Source: Candidatus Collierbacteria bacterium (GTDB lineage Bacteria; Patescibacteriota; Microgenomatia; UBA1400; JACPES01). Taken from it: a stretch of 64,000 nt of DNA. The DNA lies in NCBI GenBank assembly GCA_016219325.1, contig JACRNH010000002.1:3862-67861 (forward strand), read 5' to 3'. The translations under genes were made by a program, and so were the position numbers. Shown piece by piece: positions 30,653 to 40,014 of the stretch; position 1 is the first letter of the stretch; each line of letters begins with the position of its first letter. The notes under the pieces are model-generated. The model worked only from the letters and a program-made list of their open reading frames with translations. It was not told where the DNA came from and made no database searches.

Positions 30653-30786
30653 ACCGTTATCAGTTTTCGGTTATCAGTTATCAGTTTCAGGTTGGTCGGT
30701 TTTCGGTTAATCAGTTTCCGAAACCGGCAAACCGAAGACCGATGGACTATAAACCGAAAACAGAAAACTGAGAACTGATAACCGGC
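30653..30786. repeat. about 130-bp TTATCGGTTTTCGG palindromic element, intergenic dprA-topA
   Basis: ccgttatcagttttcggttatcagttatcag ... aaccgaaaacagaaaactgagaactgataaccgg. Confidence 0.8.
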
Positions 30787-30806
30787 ACTATGATATTCTT
30801 CACATT

Positions 30807-32948
30807 ATGAAACTTGTTCTTGTTGAGTCTCCGACCAAAGCCCGGACACTGACAAAATTTTTGGGCGGGGATTACAGAGTTGAAGCCACGATGGGGCATT
30901 TGCGGGATCTGCCCAAGAACAGGATGGGATTTTCGGTTAAGTCGGAAAACGGTAAAACTAAATTTTTGCCGGACTACGAAGTGGCGGCGGAAAAAAAATC
31001 CAAAGTTGCCGATTTGGTGGCGGCATCCCGCGGAATGGATAGAATTATTCTGGCGACAGATCCTGATCGGGAAGGAGAGGCGATTGCCTGGCATGTAGCC
31101 GCGCTTTTGCGCGGAACTCAAAATTCAAAATTCAAAATTCAAAATTTTCAAAGGGTTGTTTTTCATCAAATCACCAAAGACGCGATTCTAGACGCGATGA
31201 AGCATCCGCGGGAATTGGATATGAATTTGGTTGACGCTCAACAGGCCAGAAGGATTTTGGACAGGATGGTTGGATATCAGCTATCGCCGTTATTGTGGAG
31301 AAAAATCCGCCGCGGATTATCGGCCGGCCGTGTCCAAAGCGTTGCCGTCAGGATGATTGTTGAACGGGAGCGGGAAATTGAATCTTTTATGCCGGTTGAG
31401 TATTGGGAGGTATTCGTAAAAGTACAAGAAAGTACAAAAATGTACAAAAATGTACAAGAAGGTGAATTTGATGTCAAGCTGATTGAAATTGATGGGAATA
31501 AAGCTGATTTATCGAAGAAAAATCAGGTAGATCCGGTCGTTGAGGATTTGAAAAAAGCGCGATATTCAGTTGAGAAAGTTGATAGAACAGAAGTCAGGAA
31601 GCGGCCATTCCCGCCGTTTACTACCAGTACTTTGCAGCAGGCGGCATCCAGAACTTTCCGCTGGAGCGGTAAAAAAACTATGAATATCGCCCAAAGGTTA
31701 TATGAACATGGTTTTATTACTTATCACCGAACCGATTCAACTAATTTAGCCAAAGAAGCGGTGGAAAATGTCCGCCAATTAATTTTATCTAAATATGGGA
31801 AGGATTATTTGCCGTCTGAAGCAAGATTTTTTAAAACCAAAAACGCGCTGGCGCAGGAGGCTCATGAAGCAATTAGGCCAACCAATCCTATAGATTTTTA
31901 TAATCCGGGAAAACTGGAACAGGAAGTCGGATTAATCGCCAAAGACGCTTTCCGGCTTTATCAATTAATTTGGAAAAAATTTGTCTCCTGTCAGATGGCA
32001 GACCAGATTTATGACCAAACTACGATTAAGGTTTTGGCTCAGGGTATTAAAAAATACGGATTAAAAGTTGTCGGGATGGTGGAAAAGTTTGAGGGATGGA
32101 AAATACTTTATCAGTCGTCAGTTCTCGGTTCTCGGTTGTCAGATAAAAGTCAATCAGTTATCGGTTTATCAGTTTCAGGAGTCGAAAAACTGAAAACCGG
32201 TAAACCAGAAACTGAAAACGGAGAACAGAAAACTGATCAACCGTTACCCGAAGTTCAAGTTGGCGATCAGCTTCAATGCATCAAAGTGGATCCTCAGCAG
32301 AATTTTACCCAACCCCCCGGAAGATTCACTGAGGCGATGTTGATTAAGTTGTTGGAGGAAAAGGGGATTGGCCGGCCGTCAACTTACGCTCCGATTGTAA
32401 GTACGATCCAGGATAGGGGATACGTGGAAAAAATGGAAGGCAGATTTCATCCAATGCCGGTGGGGATAGTGGTAAATGATTTTTTGGTGGAATATTTTTC
32501 TTCAATTGTGGATTATGATTTTACTAAGAATTTGGAAGAGGATTTTGACAAAATAGCGGAAAATAAAAAAGGCTGGAATGATGTGTTAGGGGAATTTTAT
32601 TCTCCGTTTGTTGAAAGGCTGAAGAAAGTTGAAATTGGGGCGGAGAGGAAAAGAATTCCGGCTGAAGAAACAGGGGAAAGCTGTCCCAAATGCGGGGAAG
32701 GCCGGCAAGTTATTCGATCGGGGAAATTCGGTAAATTCCTATCCTGTTCGCTGTTTCCTAAATGCGATTGGAAAAATAAATATGTGGAAAAATCAGGCGT
32801 TAAATGCCCGTTATGCCGTGACGGCGACGTGGTAGTTAAGAAAACAAAAAAGGGTCGTCACTTTTTCGGTTGTTCAAATTATCCGAATTGTAAATTCGCC
32901 AGCTGGAGAAAGCCGGGGGGGGAACTAGCAAAAAAACAGGAAATATGA
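30807..32948 (+). CDS. topA: DNA topoisomerase I
   Basis: MKLVLVESPTKARTL, a TOPRIM domain, the catalytic region, and C-terminal Cys4 zinc ribbons (CPKCGEG, CPLCRDG). Two in-frame repeat insertions. Confidence 0.85.
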   Translation: MKLVLVESPTKARTLTKFLGGDYRVEATMGHLRDLPKNRMGFSVKSENGKTKFLPDYEVAAEKKSKVADLVAASRGMDRIILATDPDREGEAIAWHVAALLRGTQNSKFKIQNFQRVVFHQITKDAILDAMKHPRELDMNLVDAQQARRILDRMVGYQLSPLLWRKIRRGLSAGRVQSVAVRMIVEREREIESFMPVEYWEVFVKVQESTKMYKNVQEGEFDVKLIEIDGNKADLSKKNQVDPVVEDLKKARYSVEKVDRTEVRKRPFPPFTTSTLQQAASRTFRWSGKKTMNIAQRLYEHGFITYHRTDSTNLAKEAVENVRQLILSKYGKDYLPSEARFFKTKNALAQEAHEAIRPTNPIDFYNPGKLEQEVGLIAKDAFRLYQLIWKKFVSCQMADQIYDQTTIKVLAQGIKKYGLKVVGMVEKFEGWKILYQSSVLGSRLSDKSQSVIGLSVSGVEKLKTGKPETENGEQKTDQPLPEVQVGDQLQCIKVDPQQNFTQPPGRFTEAMLIKLLEEKGIGRPSTYAPIVSTIQDRGYVEKMEGRFHPMPVGIVVNDFLVEYFSSIVDYDFTKNLEEDFDKIAENKKGWNDVLGEFYSPFVERLKKVEIGAERKRIPAEETGESCPKCGEGRQVIRSGKFGKFLSCSLFPKCDWKNKYVEKSGVKCPLCRDGDVVVKKTKKGRHFFGCSNYPNCKFASWRKPGGELAKKQEI
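31128..31150. repeat. (AAATTCA)n heptamer repeat inside topA
   Basis: aaaattcaaaattcaaaattcaaaatt, encoding NSKFKIQNF; preceded by the hairpin ccgcgcttttgcgcgg. Confidence 0.8.
32110..32243. repeat. about 130-bp TTATCGGTTTTCGG palindromic element inserted in frame in topA
   Basis: Encodes SSVLGSRLSDKSQSVIGLSVSGVEKLKTGKPETENGEQKTDQ without interrupting the ORF. Confidence 0.8.
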
Positions 32949-32966
32949 AACAAGGAATAAGAAATA

Positions 32967-33677
32967 ATGGCAGATAAAATTGTCCGACTATTTGGAGGGC
33001 ATAGAAATAAAGTATATAAGACTAACGGATTTGTAAAAGTGGTTTGGAAAGATGGTTTTAAGCGGCGGAAACAAATTCGCGAGGGAGTTTTGCTGGAGAA
33101 TTTTGTCGCCAGTCATACCGATATTAAAGCCCGGATTCTGGTTGATAAATCTAAACCAACTGAAGAAGAAAATGGAGAATTGGTGACATATTTTCATTAT
33201 GTTGACGGCGAAATCCGTTACCCGTGGAATTTGGAAGAAATTGCCTCAGTTGCAAGACTATTGGGAAAATTCCATCAAGCCATCAATTCTTCCTTACTTT
33301 TTACTCCTTACTCCATACTCCACTTAGATTTTGCCCGCGGTAACGTCCTTTTTCAATCAGGCTCTTCCAGCGCCATTGGCGTTATTGACTTTGAAACTAC
33401 TGCCAAAGGACCGGTGGAGCAAGAATTAGGAAGGAGCTTGAGTTTCATCCTCGTAGATACCCCCTGTGAAGTTTACGAAACTTCACAAGAGAAGTTTCGT
33501 AAACTGGAGCAACGGACAATGTCCTTCTTGACAAATTACGGTCTTCCCTATAGAAAAGAGAATGTCATAAAATGGACGAAGAAGTTATTAGCTGGAGACG
33601 ATTTCGGCAGTTTGAATAGTTTTCGTGATTCTGCGATACAATTTGCGATACAATTTATTAACTCATTAACCTATTAA
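32967..33677 (+). CDS. kinase-like phosphotransferase (APH/choline-kinase fold)
   Basis: HLDFARGNVLF and IDFETT resemble the catalytic-loop and DFG-like motifs. Contains a GAAGTTTACGAAACTTC palindrome and a 12-mer direct repeat in frame. Confidence 0.35.
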   Translation: MADKIVRLFGGHRNKVYKTNGFVKVVWKDGFKRRKQIREGVLLENFVASHTDIKARILVDKSKPTEEENGELVTYFHYVDGEIRYPWNLEEIASVARLLGKFHQAINSSLLFTPYSILHLDFARGNVLFQSGSSSAIGVIDFETTAKGPVEQELGRSLSFILVDTPCEVYETSQEKFRKLEQRTMSFLTNYGLPYRKENVIKWTKKLLAGDDFGSLNSFRDSAIQFAIQFINSLTY

Positions 33678-33692
33678 CCTATAATTCCGTTT

Positions 33693-34259
33693 ATGTCAAA
33701 TCACATCAAAGAAAAAATTCAGAATAAGATTGTTAGATTCGTAGATTTACCGAAATTACGGCGTAAATTTAACGATAAAAAAATAGTTTTTACCGCCGGA
33801 GGATTTGATCTTATTCATGTTGGCCATACCCGTTATTTGTCGGAGGCTAAAGTTTGCGGGGATATTTTAATTGTCGGAGTATCATCTAATGCCGAGATTA
33901 AAATGCTAAAAGGAGTTGACCGGCCGATCGTGGATGAGTCGGCCCGGGCGGAAATGATTGCTTCCCTAATGGTGGTCGATTATATTTTTATTATGCCGCC
34001 GATTAACGCGGTTGTATCGTCAATTGAAACTTTAAAACCCAATATTCTAATTGTTCCGGATGATGACTGGAATACCGGTTATAAAGACAGTCCGGAGGCT
34101 AAATCAATGTCCAAATTTGGCGGAGAAGTAGCTTTAGTAAAACGTCAGGGACCCTATATCAGCTCTTCCGGGATGATTGAGAAAGCCGCGGCGGTAATGA
34201 TAAGAACCAATTTTCAAAGATTTTTTACGCCGGAAATGATGAGGGAGTTAAAGGGATGA
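33693..34259 (+). CDS. cytidylyl/adenylyltransferase (HldE domain II / TagD-like)
   Basis: TAGGFDLIHVGHTRYLSEA is the (H/T)xGH nucleotidyltransferase motif. Confidence 0.55.
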   Translation: MSNHIKEKIQNKIVRFVDLPKLRRKFNDKKIVFTAGGFDLIHVGHTRYLSEAKVCGDILIVGVSSNAEIKMLKGVDRPIVDESARAEMIASLMVVDYIFIMPPINAVVSSIETLKPNILIVPDDDWNTGYKDSPEAKSMSKFGGEVALVKRQGPYISSSGMIEKAAAVMIRTNFQRFFTPEMMRELKG

Positions 34260-34825
34260 TGCCCCAGCAGTACGCTCGCCACTCCCGTGGCCTACGTCCA
34301 CGCGTCGTGGTGTCGCGACTGCGGGGTTCGGGCGTGCCAGCTGATTTTTCTGACGAAAAATCAGGGCCCGTCCGAAAAAGGCATGACCCCCGTACCGCCA
34401 GAACTTCCGCCGATTACTGGTATGATGAAGCATGGAAAAATGCCGGTAAGTGCGTCTTTTGTGACTTGCGGAAAAAATATATTATCGCCGAAAAAGACAA
34501 CGTGGTTTTAACCGTAAATCTTTATCAATATATTGACGGGCATCTGATGGTGATTCCCCGCCGTCACTTTGAGAGCTTGGACGAGACCAATCCAGCGGAA
34601 TGGAAAGCGATATTTTATTTGCTTAATCTTGGGGTAAAAAAACTTCAGGATAAATTAAAGATTAATGATATTTACATTTTAGACAGGCCATTGTCAGGGT
34701 TTAAAACCGGTAAGACTGTAGCCCATAGCCATTTCCATATCATTCCCTACAAACAGGAACTGGTTAGTTGGCATTATCAAGAGGTGTCTATTCATCCTGA
34801 GGATTTGGCGAAGAAACTTAGATAG
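34256..34825 (+). CDS. HIT-family hydrolase/transferase
   Basis: HSHFHIIP histidine triad plus CVFCDL. The N-terminal 60 aa is encoded by an unusually GC-rich segment. Confidence 0.5.
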   Translation: MMPQQYARHSRGLRPRVVVSRLRGSGVPADFSDEKSGPVRKRHDPRTARTSADYWYDEAWKNAGKCVFCDLRKKYIIAEKDNVVLTVNLYQYIDGHLMVIPRRHFESLDETNPAEWKAIFYLLNLGVKKLQDKLKINDIYILDRPLSGFKTGKTVAHSHFHIIPYKQELVSWHYQEVSIHPEDLAKKLR

Positions 34826-34905
34826 AAAATAATGAGCAGAAAATAATGAGTAATGTTATTTGATTTGATTCATTACTCTTTACTTCTTACTCATTACTCA
34901 TTATG
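34826..34905. repeat. AATGAGCAGAAAATAATGAGTAATG inverted-repeat element; its 3' arm supplies the dCMP deaminase start
   Basis: aaaataatgagcagaaaataatgagtaatg ... cattactctttacttcttactcattactcattATG. Confidence 0.75.
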
Positions 34906-35418
34906 AACGCTGATATTGAATTAATGCGCCGGGCAGCCAAAATTGCCGGCAACACCAAATGCTGGATTGGGATTGGATGCGTGATTGCCAAGGGCGGGAA
35001 AATTCTGGTCGAGACGTGGAATGAAACTTTGGAGGGGGAGGAGTATTGCCAGAAGTTCCGCAATCATAGAATCAATAAAGGCCCGGCCTTGCAGCACAAA
35101 GCCGGGCCTTATCATAACAACGAAGGGTGTATTCGACATGAGCTTAAACTATCCGGTGGCAAAGACGCGGAAAAAGTTTGCAGTATTCACGCCGAAGTCA
35201 ACGCCATCGCCAAGGCCGCTCGGCAGGGGATTGTAGTTTCCGGCGCCACCATTTACGTCACCAGCTTTCCGTGTTTAATATGCATGAGGGCCATAGTGGC
35301 CGCCGGAATTAAGAAAGTTGTGTATATGAATGATTTTTATAAACCGCACAACATAGAATTATTTGATAAGAACGGAGTTGAATTTAAACAAATTCCTGAA
35401 AATATAGTTTGGAAATAG
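34903..35418 (+). CDS. dCMP deaminase (CMP/dCMP deaminase zinc-binding family)
   Basis: CSIHAEVNAI and PCLICMRAI (the HAE and PCxxC motifs). A GGCC palindrome is inserted in frame. Confidence 0.65.
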   Translation: MNADIELMRRAAKIAGNTKCWIGIGCVIAKGGKILVETWNETLEGEEYCQKFRNHRINKGPALQHKAGPYHNNEGCIRHELKLSGGKDAEKVCSIHAEVNAIAKAARQGIVVSGATIYVTSFPCLICMRAIVAAGIKKVVYMNDFYKPHNIELFDKNGVEFKQIPENIVWK

Positions 35419-35497
35419 ATTTTGTTATCTTGTTATCTTGTTATCTTGTTACTAATCAAGATAACAATCTAGCAAGATAGCAAGCTAGCAATTATTC
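35419..35497. repeat. (TTGTTATC)3 tandem plus inverted partner (AAGATAACAA / AAGATAGCAAG)
   Basis: ttgttatcttgttatcttgttatcttgttactaatcaagataacaatctagcaagatagcaagctagcaa. Confidence 0.7.
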
Positions 35498-37045
35498 TTG
35501 AACTGGCCTAAATACTTTAAAGACCGTTTAATTCTTGGTAATCCTGATTCTGATTCCGCAATTGCAACGTTGTGGACGCCGATGAACGTGGTGGCAAAAA
35601 TGACGGATGTTTATAAGGTTTCTATCATTGGTCAACTCTATACAAAAAGGGGAATTAATTATTTGTTGAGAAATGTTTTATCTAACCCAAAGATAAAAAG
35701 AATTTTATTGGTTGGAGCAGATTTAATGGGATCTGGGGAAGAGCTTGCGCAATTAGCAGAGGACCGTCTTCTTCAGACTGATTGGTTGGATGAGAATATC
35801 TCAGTAGGCGGAATTAAAAAATTCTTTAAAAACGTTGAAATCGTCAATAAAATCGGTCCGGTTTCTCCGGAAAAAATTACTGATTTTATAAGTAAAAGTA
35901 AAAACTGTAAGCAATGGTCTAAGCCTCTGGAATTTCCGGAACAGGAAGCAGGTAGCAGCGGGGGATTGCCAAGCGAAGAGTCGGGATTTACCGTAAGGGG
36001 AGAGAAGGTCTGGCAGTCTTGGATTAGGTTGTTGCGTGAAATAATGAGATTTGGGCGTCCCAGCCCGATGATTCATCATTACGGAGCCGAGAGAACTACG
36101 GAAATATTTAATTTGACGGCAGTCATTTATGGTGAAAACCCTGAAAGCCCGGAGTTGCCAAAATGGCTTCCGTATTCCAAAGATGATATCAAAAAATATG
36201 CAGCCGGATTTTTATCTGCCTCACGCGGCGATGAGGCCTACACTTATGGCGAGCGAATTAAGGCGTATCCGTTAGAACTTTATAAAAAGGAATGGTTCAA
36301 TGATTCGAATCATTTAACTGACTCTGACAGCAAAAAGTTTGTCCGATCGCTAAAAAAAACGATAACGGATAATGGGCTAAATCAACAGGAATTGCTTGCT
36401 AAAAAACTCAAAAGTTTTCCGGAGAATAAGGGGGCTGTTGCAATTTTATGGGAACCGATTATTGACAATTTTGGGTTGAGGGAAATTTGGCGGACGCCGT
36501 GTTTGGTTTTAGTCCAAGCCGTAATCCGCGATAAGAAGTTATTTTTAACCGCTTATTTCAGAAGCAATGATATGTACGGAGGATGGTTTTTAAATGCTTT
36601 CGGATTATTGGCTTTTCAAAAAGAGTTGGCTGGAATGATAGGAAAGAATATTAAATTGGGGCCATTGACAACTATCTCCCACTCTGCCCATATTTACGAG
36701 TCGAGTTGGCAGTTAGCGGAAAAACTTGTTCATGACCATTGGATAGATGTTTCCTGCGAATGGGATCCGCGGGGCAATCTGCATTTTGAAACTGATGGAA
36801 AATTTATCGTGGTTAAACATTTGTCTCCGGACGGAATTTTCCTGGACGAATATCGCCAAAATGGTATGGAAGAAAAGGCGGCTAAAAGATTATGTTTTGC
36901 CTTGGAGTCAGCCGGATTATTTTCAACTGTCGGAAACGCCATGTATGCTGCCCGCCAAATTGAACGCGCCGAAACCGCGATAAAATTAGAATTACCTTTT
37001 ATTTCCGACGAACCTTTGAATTTCAAAAATAAGTATGCCAAATAA
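35498..37045 (+). CDS. thymidylate synthase (ThyA)-like protein with about 170-aa N-terminal extension
   Basis: TPCLVLVQAVIRDKKLFLTAYFRSNDMYGGWFLNAFGLLAFQKELAGMIGKNIKLGPLTTISHSAHIYESS parallels ThyA PCH...YQRSxD...HIYxNH. Confidence 0.45.
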   Translation: MNWPKYFKDRLILGNPDSDSAIATLWTPMNVVAKMTDVYKVSIIGQLYTKRGINYLLRNVLSNPKIKRILLVGADLMGSGEELAQLAEDRLLQTDWLDENISVGGIKKFFKNVEIVNKIGPVSPEKITDFISKSKNCKQWSKPLEFPEQEAGSSGGLPSEESGFTVRGEKVWQSWIRLLREIMRFGRPSPMIHHYGAERTTEIFNLTAVIYGENPESPELPKWLPYSKDDIKKYAAGFLSASRGDEAYTYGERIKAYPLELYKKEWFNDSNHLTDSDSKKFVRSLKKTITDNGLNQQELLAKKLKSFPENKGAVAILWEPIIDNFGLREIWRTPCLVLVQAVIRDKKLFLTAYFRSNDMYGGWFLNAFGLLAFQKELAGMIGKNIKLGPLTTISHSAHIYESSWQLAEKLVHDHWIDVSCEWDPRGNLHFETDGKFIVVKHLSPDGIFLDEYRQNGMEEKAAKRLCFALESAGLFSTVGNAMYAARQIERAETAIKLELPFISDEPLNFKNKYAK

Positions 37046-37685
37046 ATTAAGCTGGATTAATCAAATCAAATTTTTGTGTTTCGATCTCGATGGGACTTTG
37101 TTCAGAAATGTTGAGGCGGCCTGGAATGCTATTCAGCAGCAAATTTATAAGACCGTAATGAGGCAGAGGCATTTATCTCTGGAAGAGGCAGAAAATTATG
37201 TCCGTCAAAGATATTCGGTCTTGGGTAGTTCTACTAAAGTATTAAATGAATTGGGAATCGATGGCGAAGAGTTTTTTGTTAAGGCTTTCAAAAAGATAGA
37301 ATTAGATAAATTTATCTCTAAAGATGATGAAATTATTCAGCTGATATCAAATCTTAAGAAAAAATATAAAGTCGGGATGATTAGCAACACTCATCGGTCA
37401 ATCGCTAGAAAAAAATTAGAAGCGATTGGTTTATCGCTGAAAGAATTTAATCCGCTAATTACAACTTACGAACTAGATGTTTATAAGCCCGACCCGGCGC
37501 CATTCTTGAAGGCTTTGGAAATAGCCAGTTGCTCACCGGAAGAATCAGTGTATATTGGGGATAGCGTCGAAACTGATATCATGGGGGCAAAAGCCGTGGG
37601 GATGAAAACGATTTTGGTATGGGGTAAAAGCCCGGAAGCCGATCTATCAATCCCGACAATTTACGATCTGGCTAAATACTTTTGA
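37035..37685 (+). CDS. HAD-superfamily hydrolase
   Basis: FDLDGTL motif I; SNTHR; K...GDSVETD motifs III/IV. Confidence 0.55.
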   Translation: MPNKLSWINQIKFLCFDLDGTLFRNVEAAWNAIQQQIYKTVMRQRHLSLEEAENYVRQRYSVLGSSTKVLNELGIDGEEFFVKAFKKIELDKFISKDDEIIQLISNLKKKYKVGMISNTHRSIARKKLEAIGLSLKEFNPLITTYELDVYKPDPAPFLKALEIASCSPEESVYIGDSVETDIMGAKAVGMKTILVWGKSPEADLSIPTIYDLAKYF

Positions 37686-37706
37686 AAATGATATAAGAAA
37701 ACGAAT

Positions 37707-38267
37707 ATGGTTATCGGAACAAAGCAATTACTTCAATTGGTAAAAACTAAAAAATTAGTAGAAGGACTGGATAATCGAGAATTGACTAATCCCGAGGGGG
37801 CAGGTTTCGATCTTCGGATTGAAAAGTTATTGGCTATTCAGGGAGAATCCTTTTTAGGGATTACAGACAGGTCGACTGCAGACATGAAAGAAGTAGCTTC
37901 ATATAAAAAGACATCTGGGAAACAGAAGATATTTTCGATTAAGCCAAATGAATTCTATTTAGCGAAGACTATTGAGAATATAAATATGCCGGATAATTTA
38001 TTGGCAATCATAAAGCCCAGAACCACACTGTTTAGGTCGGGTATTTCGATGAGAACAGGATTTTGTCCTCCGGGTTATCACGGAGAATTATTTTTCGGAA
38101 TTTATAATGTTGGCAAATACTCTTTCAAAATTGAAATGGGAGCAAGATTTGCCCATATCGTTTTTTTTGAAATTGCAGGTGATTTGATTAGGGGATATGA
38201 AGGGCAATGGCAGGGTGGGCGATCTACGACAAAACAAGACACTCAAGGATTAGAAAAGCAAATTTAA
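37707..38267 (+). CDS. dCTP deaminase/dUTPase-family protein
   Basis: GFDLRIEK, PRTTLFRSGISM and PGYHGELFFGIYNVG parallel Dcd motifs. Confidence 0.5.
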   Translation: MVIGTKQLLQLVKTKKLVEGLDNRELTNPEGAGFDLRIEKLLAIQGESFLGITDRSTADMKEVASYKKTSGKQKIFSIKPNEFYLAKTIENINMPDNLLAIIKPRTTLFRSGISMRTGFCPPGYHGELFFGIYNVGKYSFKIEMGARFAHIVFFEIAGDLIRGYEGQWQGGRSTTKQDTQGLEKQI

Positions 38268-38653
38268 GATTACTTACTGGAAGATTTCTTAAAGAAAGCG
38301 ATATAAGTTAATAGCGCTACAGTCATGGCCAGGCCAAAAGCAATTGCAGCCCTGATATTTATGTCAACTAAATCTATCATAATTTTTTAGTCTTATTATT
38401 CCAATTCTTAGTTTGAAAGATACAATTATACATACAGTACCAAAAACAATATCAGCAGTCAAGGCGCTTAAATCAATCACAGTTGGTTTTAGAGAAGAAA
38501 TTGGAATAATAATGGCAGCTCCATACCAACCGGCCGCCAAATTTATCAATAACTCTGATAGAATCTGTCTCAAGATCAACTTTGAAGATTTGCGCATAAA
38601 TTTCGATTCGTCATTGTGGCAATCTCGTTTCATAGTTTATAATTTTATAAAGT

Positions 38654-39352
38654 ATGCTGTCAAGCAAAAGTCAAAACGGAATTTTCATCGTCATCGAGGG
38701 CATCGACGGCTGCGGCAAAGCCACCCAGACGGAACTATTGAAAAATCGGCTGGAAAAATCCGGCCGCAAAATCCTGGTCGGCGACTTTCCCCGCTATTAT
38801 TCTTCGGAGTGGGGCAAACTGGTCGGCCGGTTTTTGACCGGTGAGTTCGGCAAATTGGACGAAGTTAATCCTCATCTGGCGGTTTTGACTTACATGATTG
38901 ACCAATATGTCTGGAGTCGGGACGCCGCTAGGCTATGGATTAAAAAAGGTGGAATTATTTTGTCCAATCGCTATTTCACTTCTAATGTTCATCAAATTGC
39001 CAAACTTAAAGGCCGTGCCCGCAAGAAATACCGTGACTGGCTGTGGCGGATGGGATACGAAGAATTAGGAATCTTGCGGCCTGATTTGGTTTTATTTCTT
39101 GACGTCCCGCCGAATATTTCCGCCAAACTCAATCGCCAAAAACTAGACAGAAAATATTTGAAAGGCAAAAAACAAGATATCGCCGAACGCCATAAACATC
39201 ATCAGCTCGCCGCCTATAAATCTTATCTTGACGAAGTCCGCCGCAACGACTGGTGGGCCAAAGTCAAATGCGTTTCCAAAACCAAACTTGACTCGCCGCA
39301 ACTGATTCATCAAAGGATATGGAAAAAAGTTTTGTATTATCTACTTGACTAA
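38654..39352 (+). CDS. tmk: thymidylate kinase-like
   Basis: IVIEGIDGCGKATQ P-loop and the dNMP-kinase layout. Confidence 0.55.
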   Translation: MLSSKSQNGIFIVIEGIDGCGKATQTELLKNRLEKSGRKILVGDFPRYYSSEWGKLVGRFLTGEFGKLDEVNPHLAVLTYMIDQYVWSRDAARLWIKKGGIILSNRYFTSNVHQIAKLKGRARKKYRDWLWRMGYEELGILRPDLVLFLDVPPNISAKLNRQKLDRKYLKGKKQDIAERHKHHQLAAYKSYLDEVRRNDWWAKVKCVSKTKLDSPQLIHQRIWKKVLYYLLD

Positions 39353-39435
39353 TTACGTATCTTCTATGTAAGATATATCGCAACCATGAAGAAATTCAGC
39401 GGTTGTGTGTTTATTATTTTTGAGAATTGATTAGA

Positions 39436-39462
39436 ATTTAACCGGCATTTTTGCCGGTTTTT
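39436..39462 (+). terminator. rho-independent terminator
   Basis: aaccggcatttttgccgg stem-loop followed by ttttttt. Confidence 0.6.
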
Positions 39463-39464
39463 TT

Positions 39465-39965
39465 ATGAAGAATATAGTTGACAGGTTGGTGAATATTGGG
39501 AACATTAATTGCGATGAGTTGGCAGATATTTTGCCATTAGTAGTAAGAGTGATTCCTGAAATAAGCAGTGGATCCACAGAATTGGAATGTCAACCTCATA
39601 GCGGAGAACATTCCAGGTACGGTGTTTTTTTTCATGCCATAACGAACGAAAGTGATCTTGATAGATTTTCTGGAGATCGGCAGAAAATAGTTTTATCAAC
39701 TTCTGATTTGTTTGCTAATACAGGCATATCCGGAGAGCTAAAAAGTGCTGGGGTTTTAGTTTTCCCCAGTAATAAATATCAAAATGAACTATCTAGGGCT
39801 GGTGGAACAGGAGAAAGTCATTGTTTGGGGGAGCAGATTGGAGTAGATAGAAATATTCAAGAAGAGCATATTACAATTGATCTTGCCGGGGTGGCTTACG
39901 GCAGTTTTCCTATTTTAAGTATTCCTCAAAGGATTTTGATCCCGGTTGGTTTAATGAAAAGATAG
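39465..39965 (+). CDS. hypothetical protein
   Basis: 166-aa ORF. Confidence 0.3.
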   Translation: MKNIVDRLVNIGNINCDELADILPLVVRVIPEISSGSTELECQPHSGEHSRYGVFFHAITNESDLDRFSGDRQKIVLSTSDLFANTGISGELKSAGVLVFPSNKYQNELSRAGGTGESHCLGEQIGVDRNIQEEHITIDLAGVAYGSFPILSIPQRILIPVGLMKR

Positions 39966-40014
39966 GGTTGATTTTCTGATAAACGGCCTTATTCTATATA
40001 ATATCCGTCTTAAG

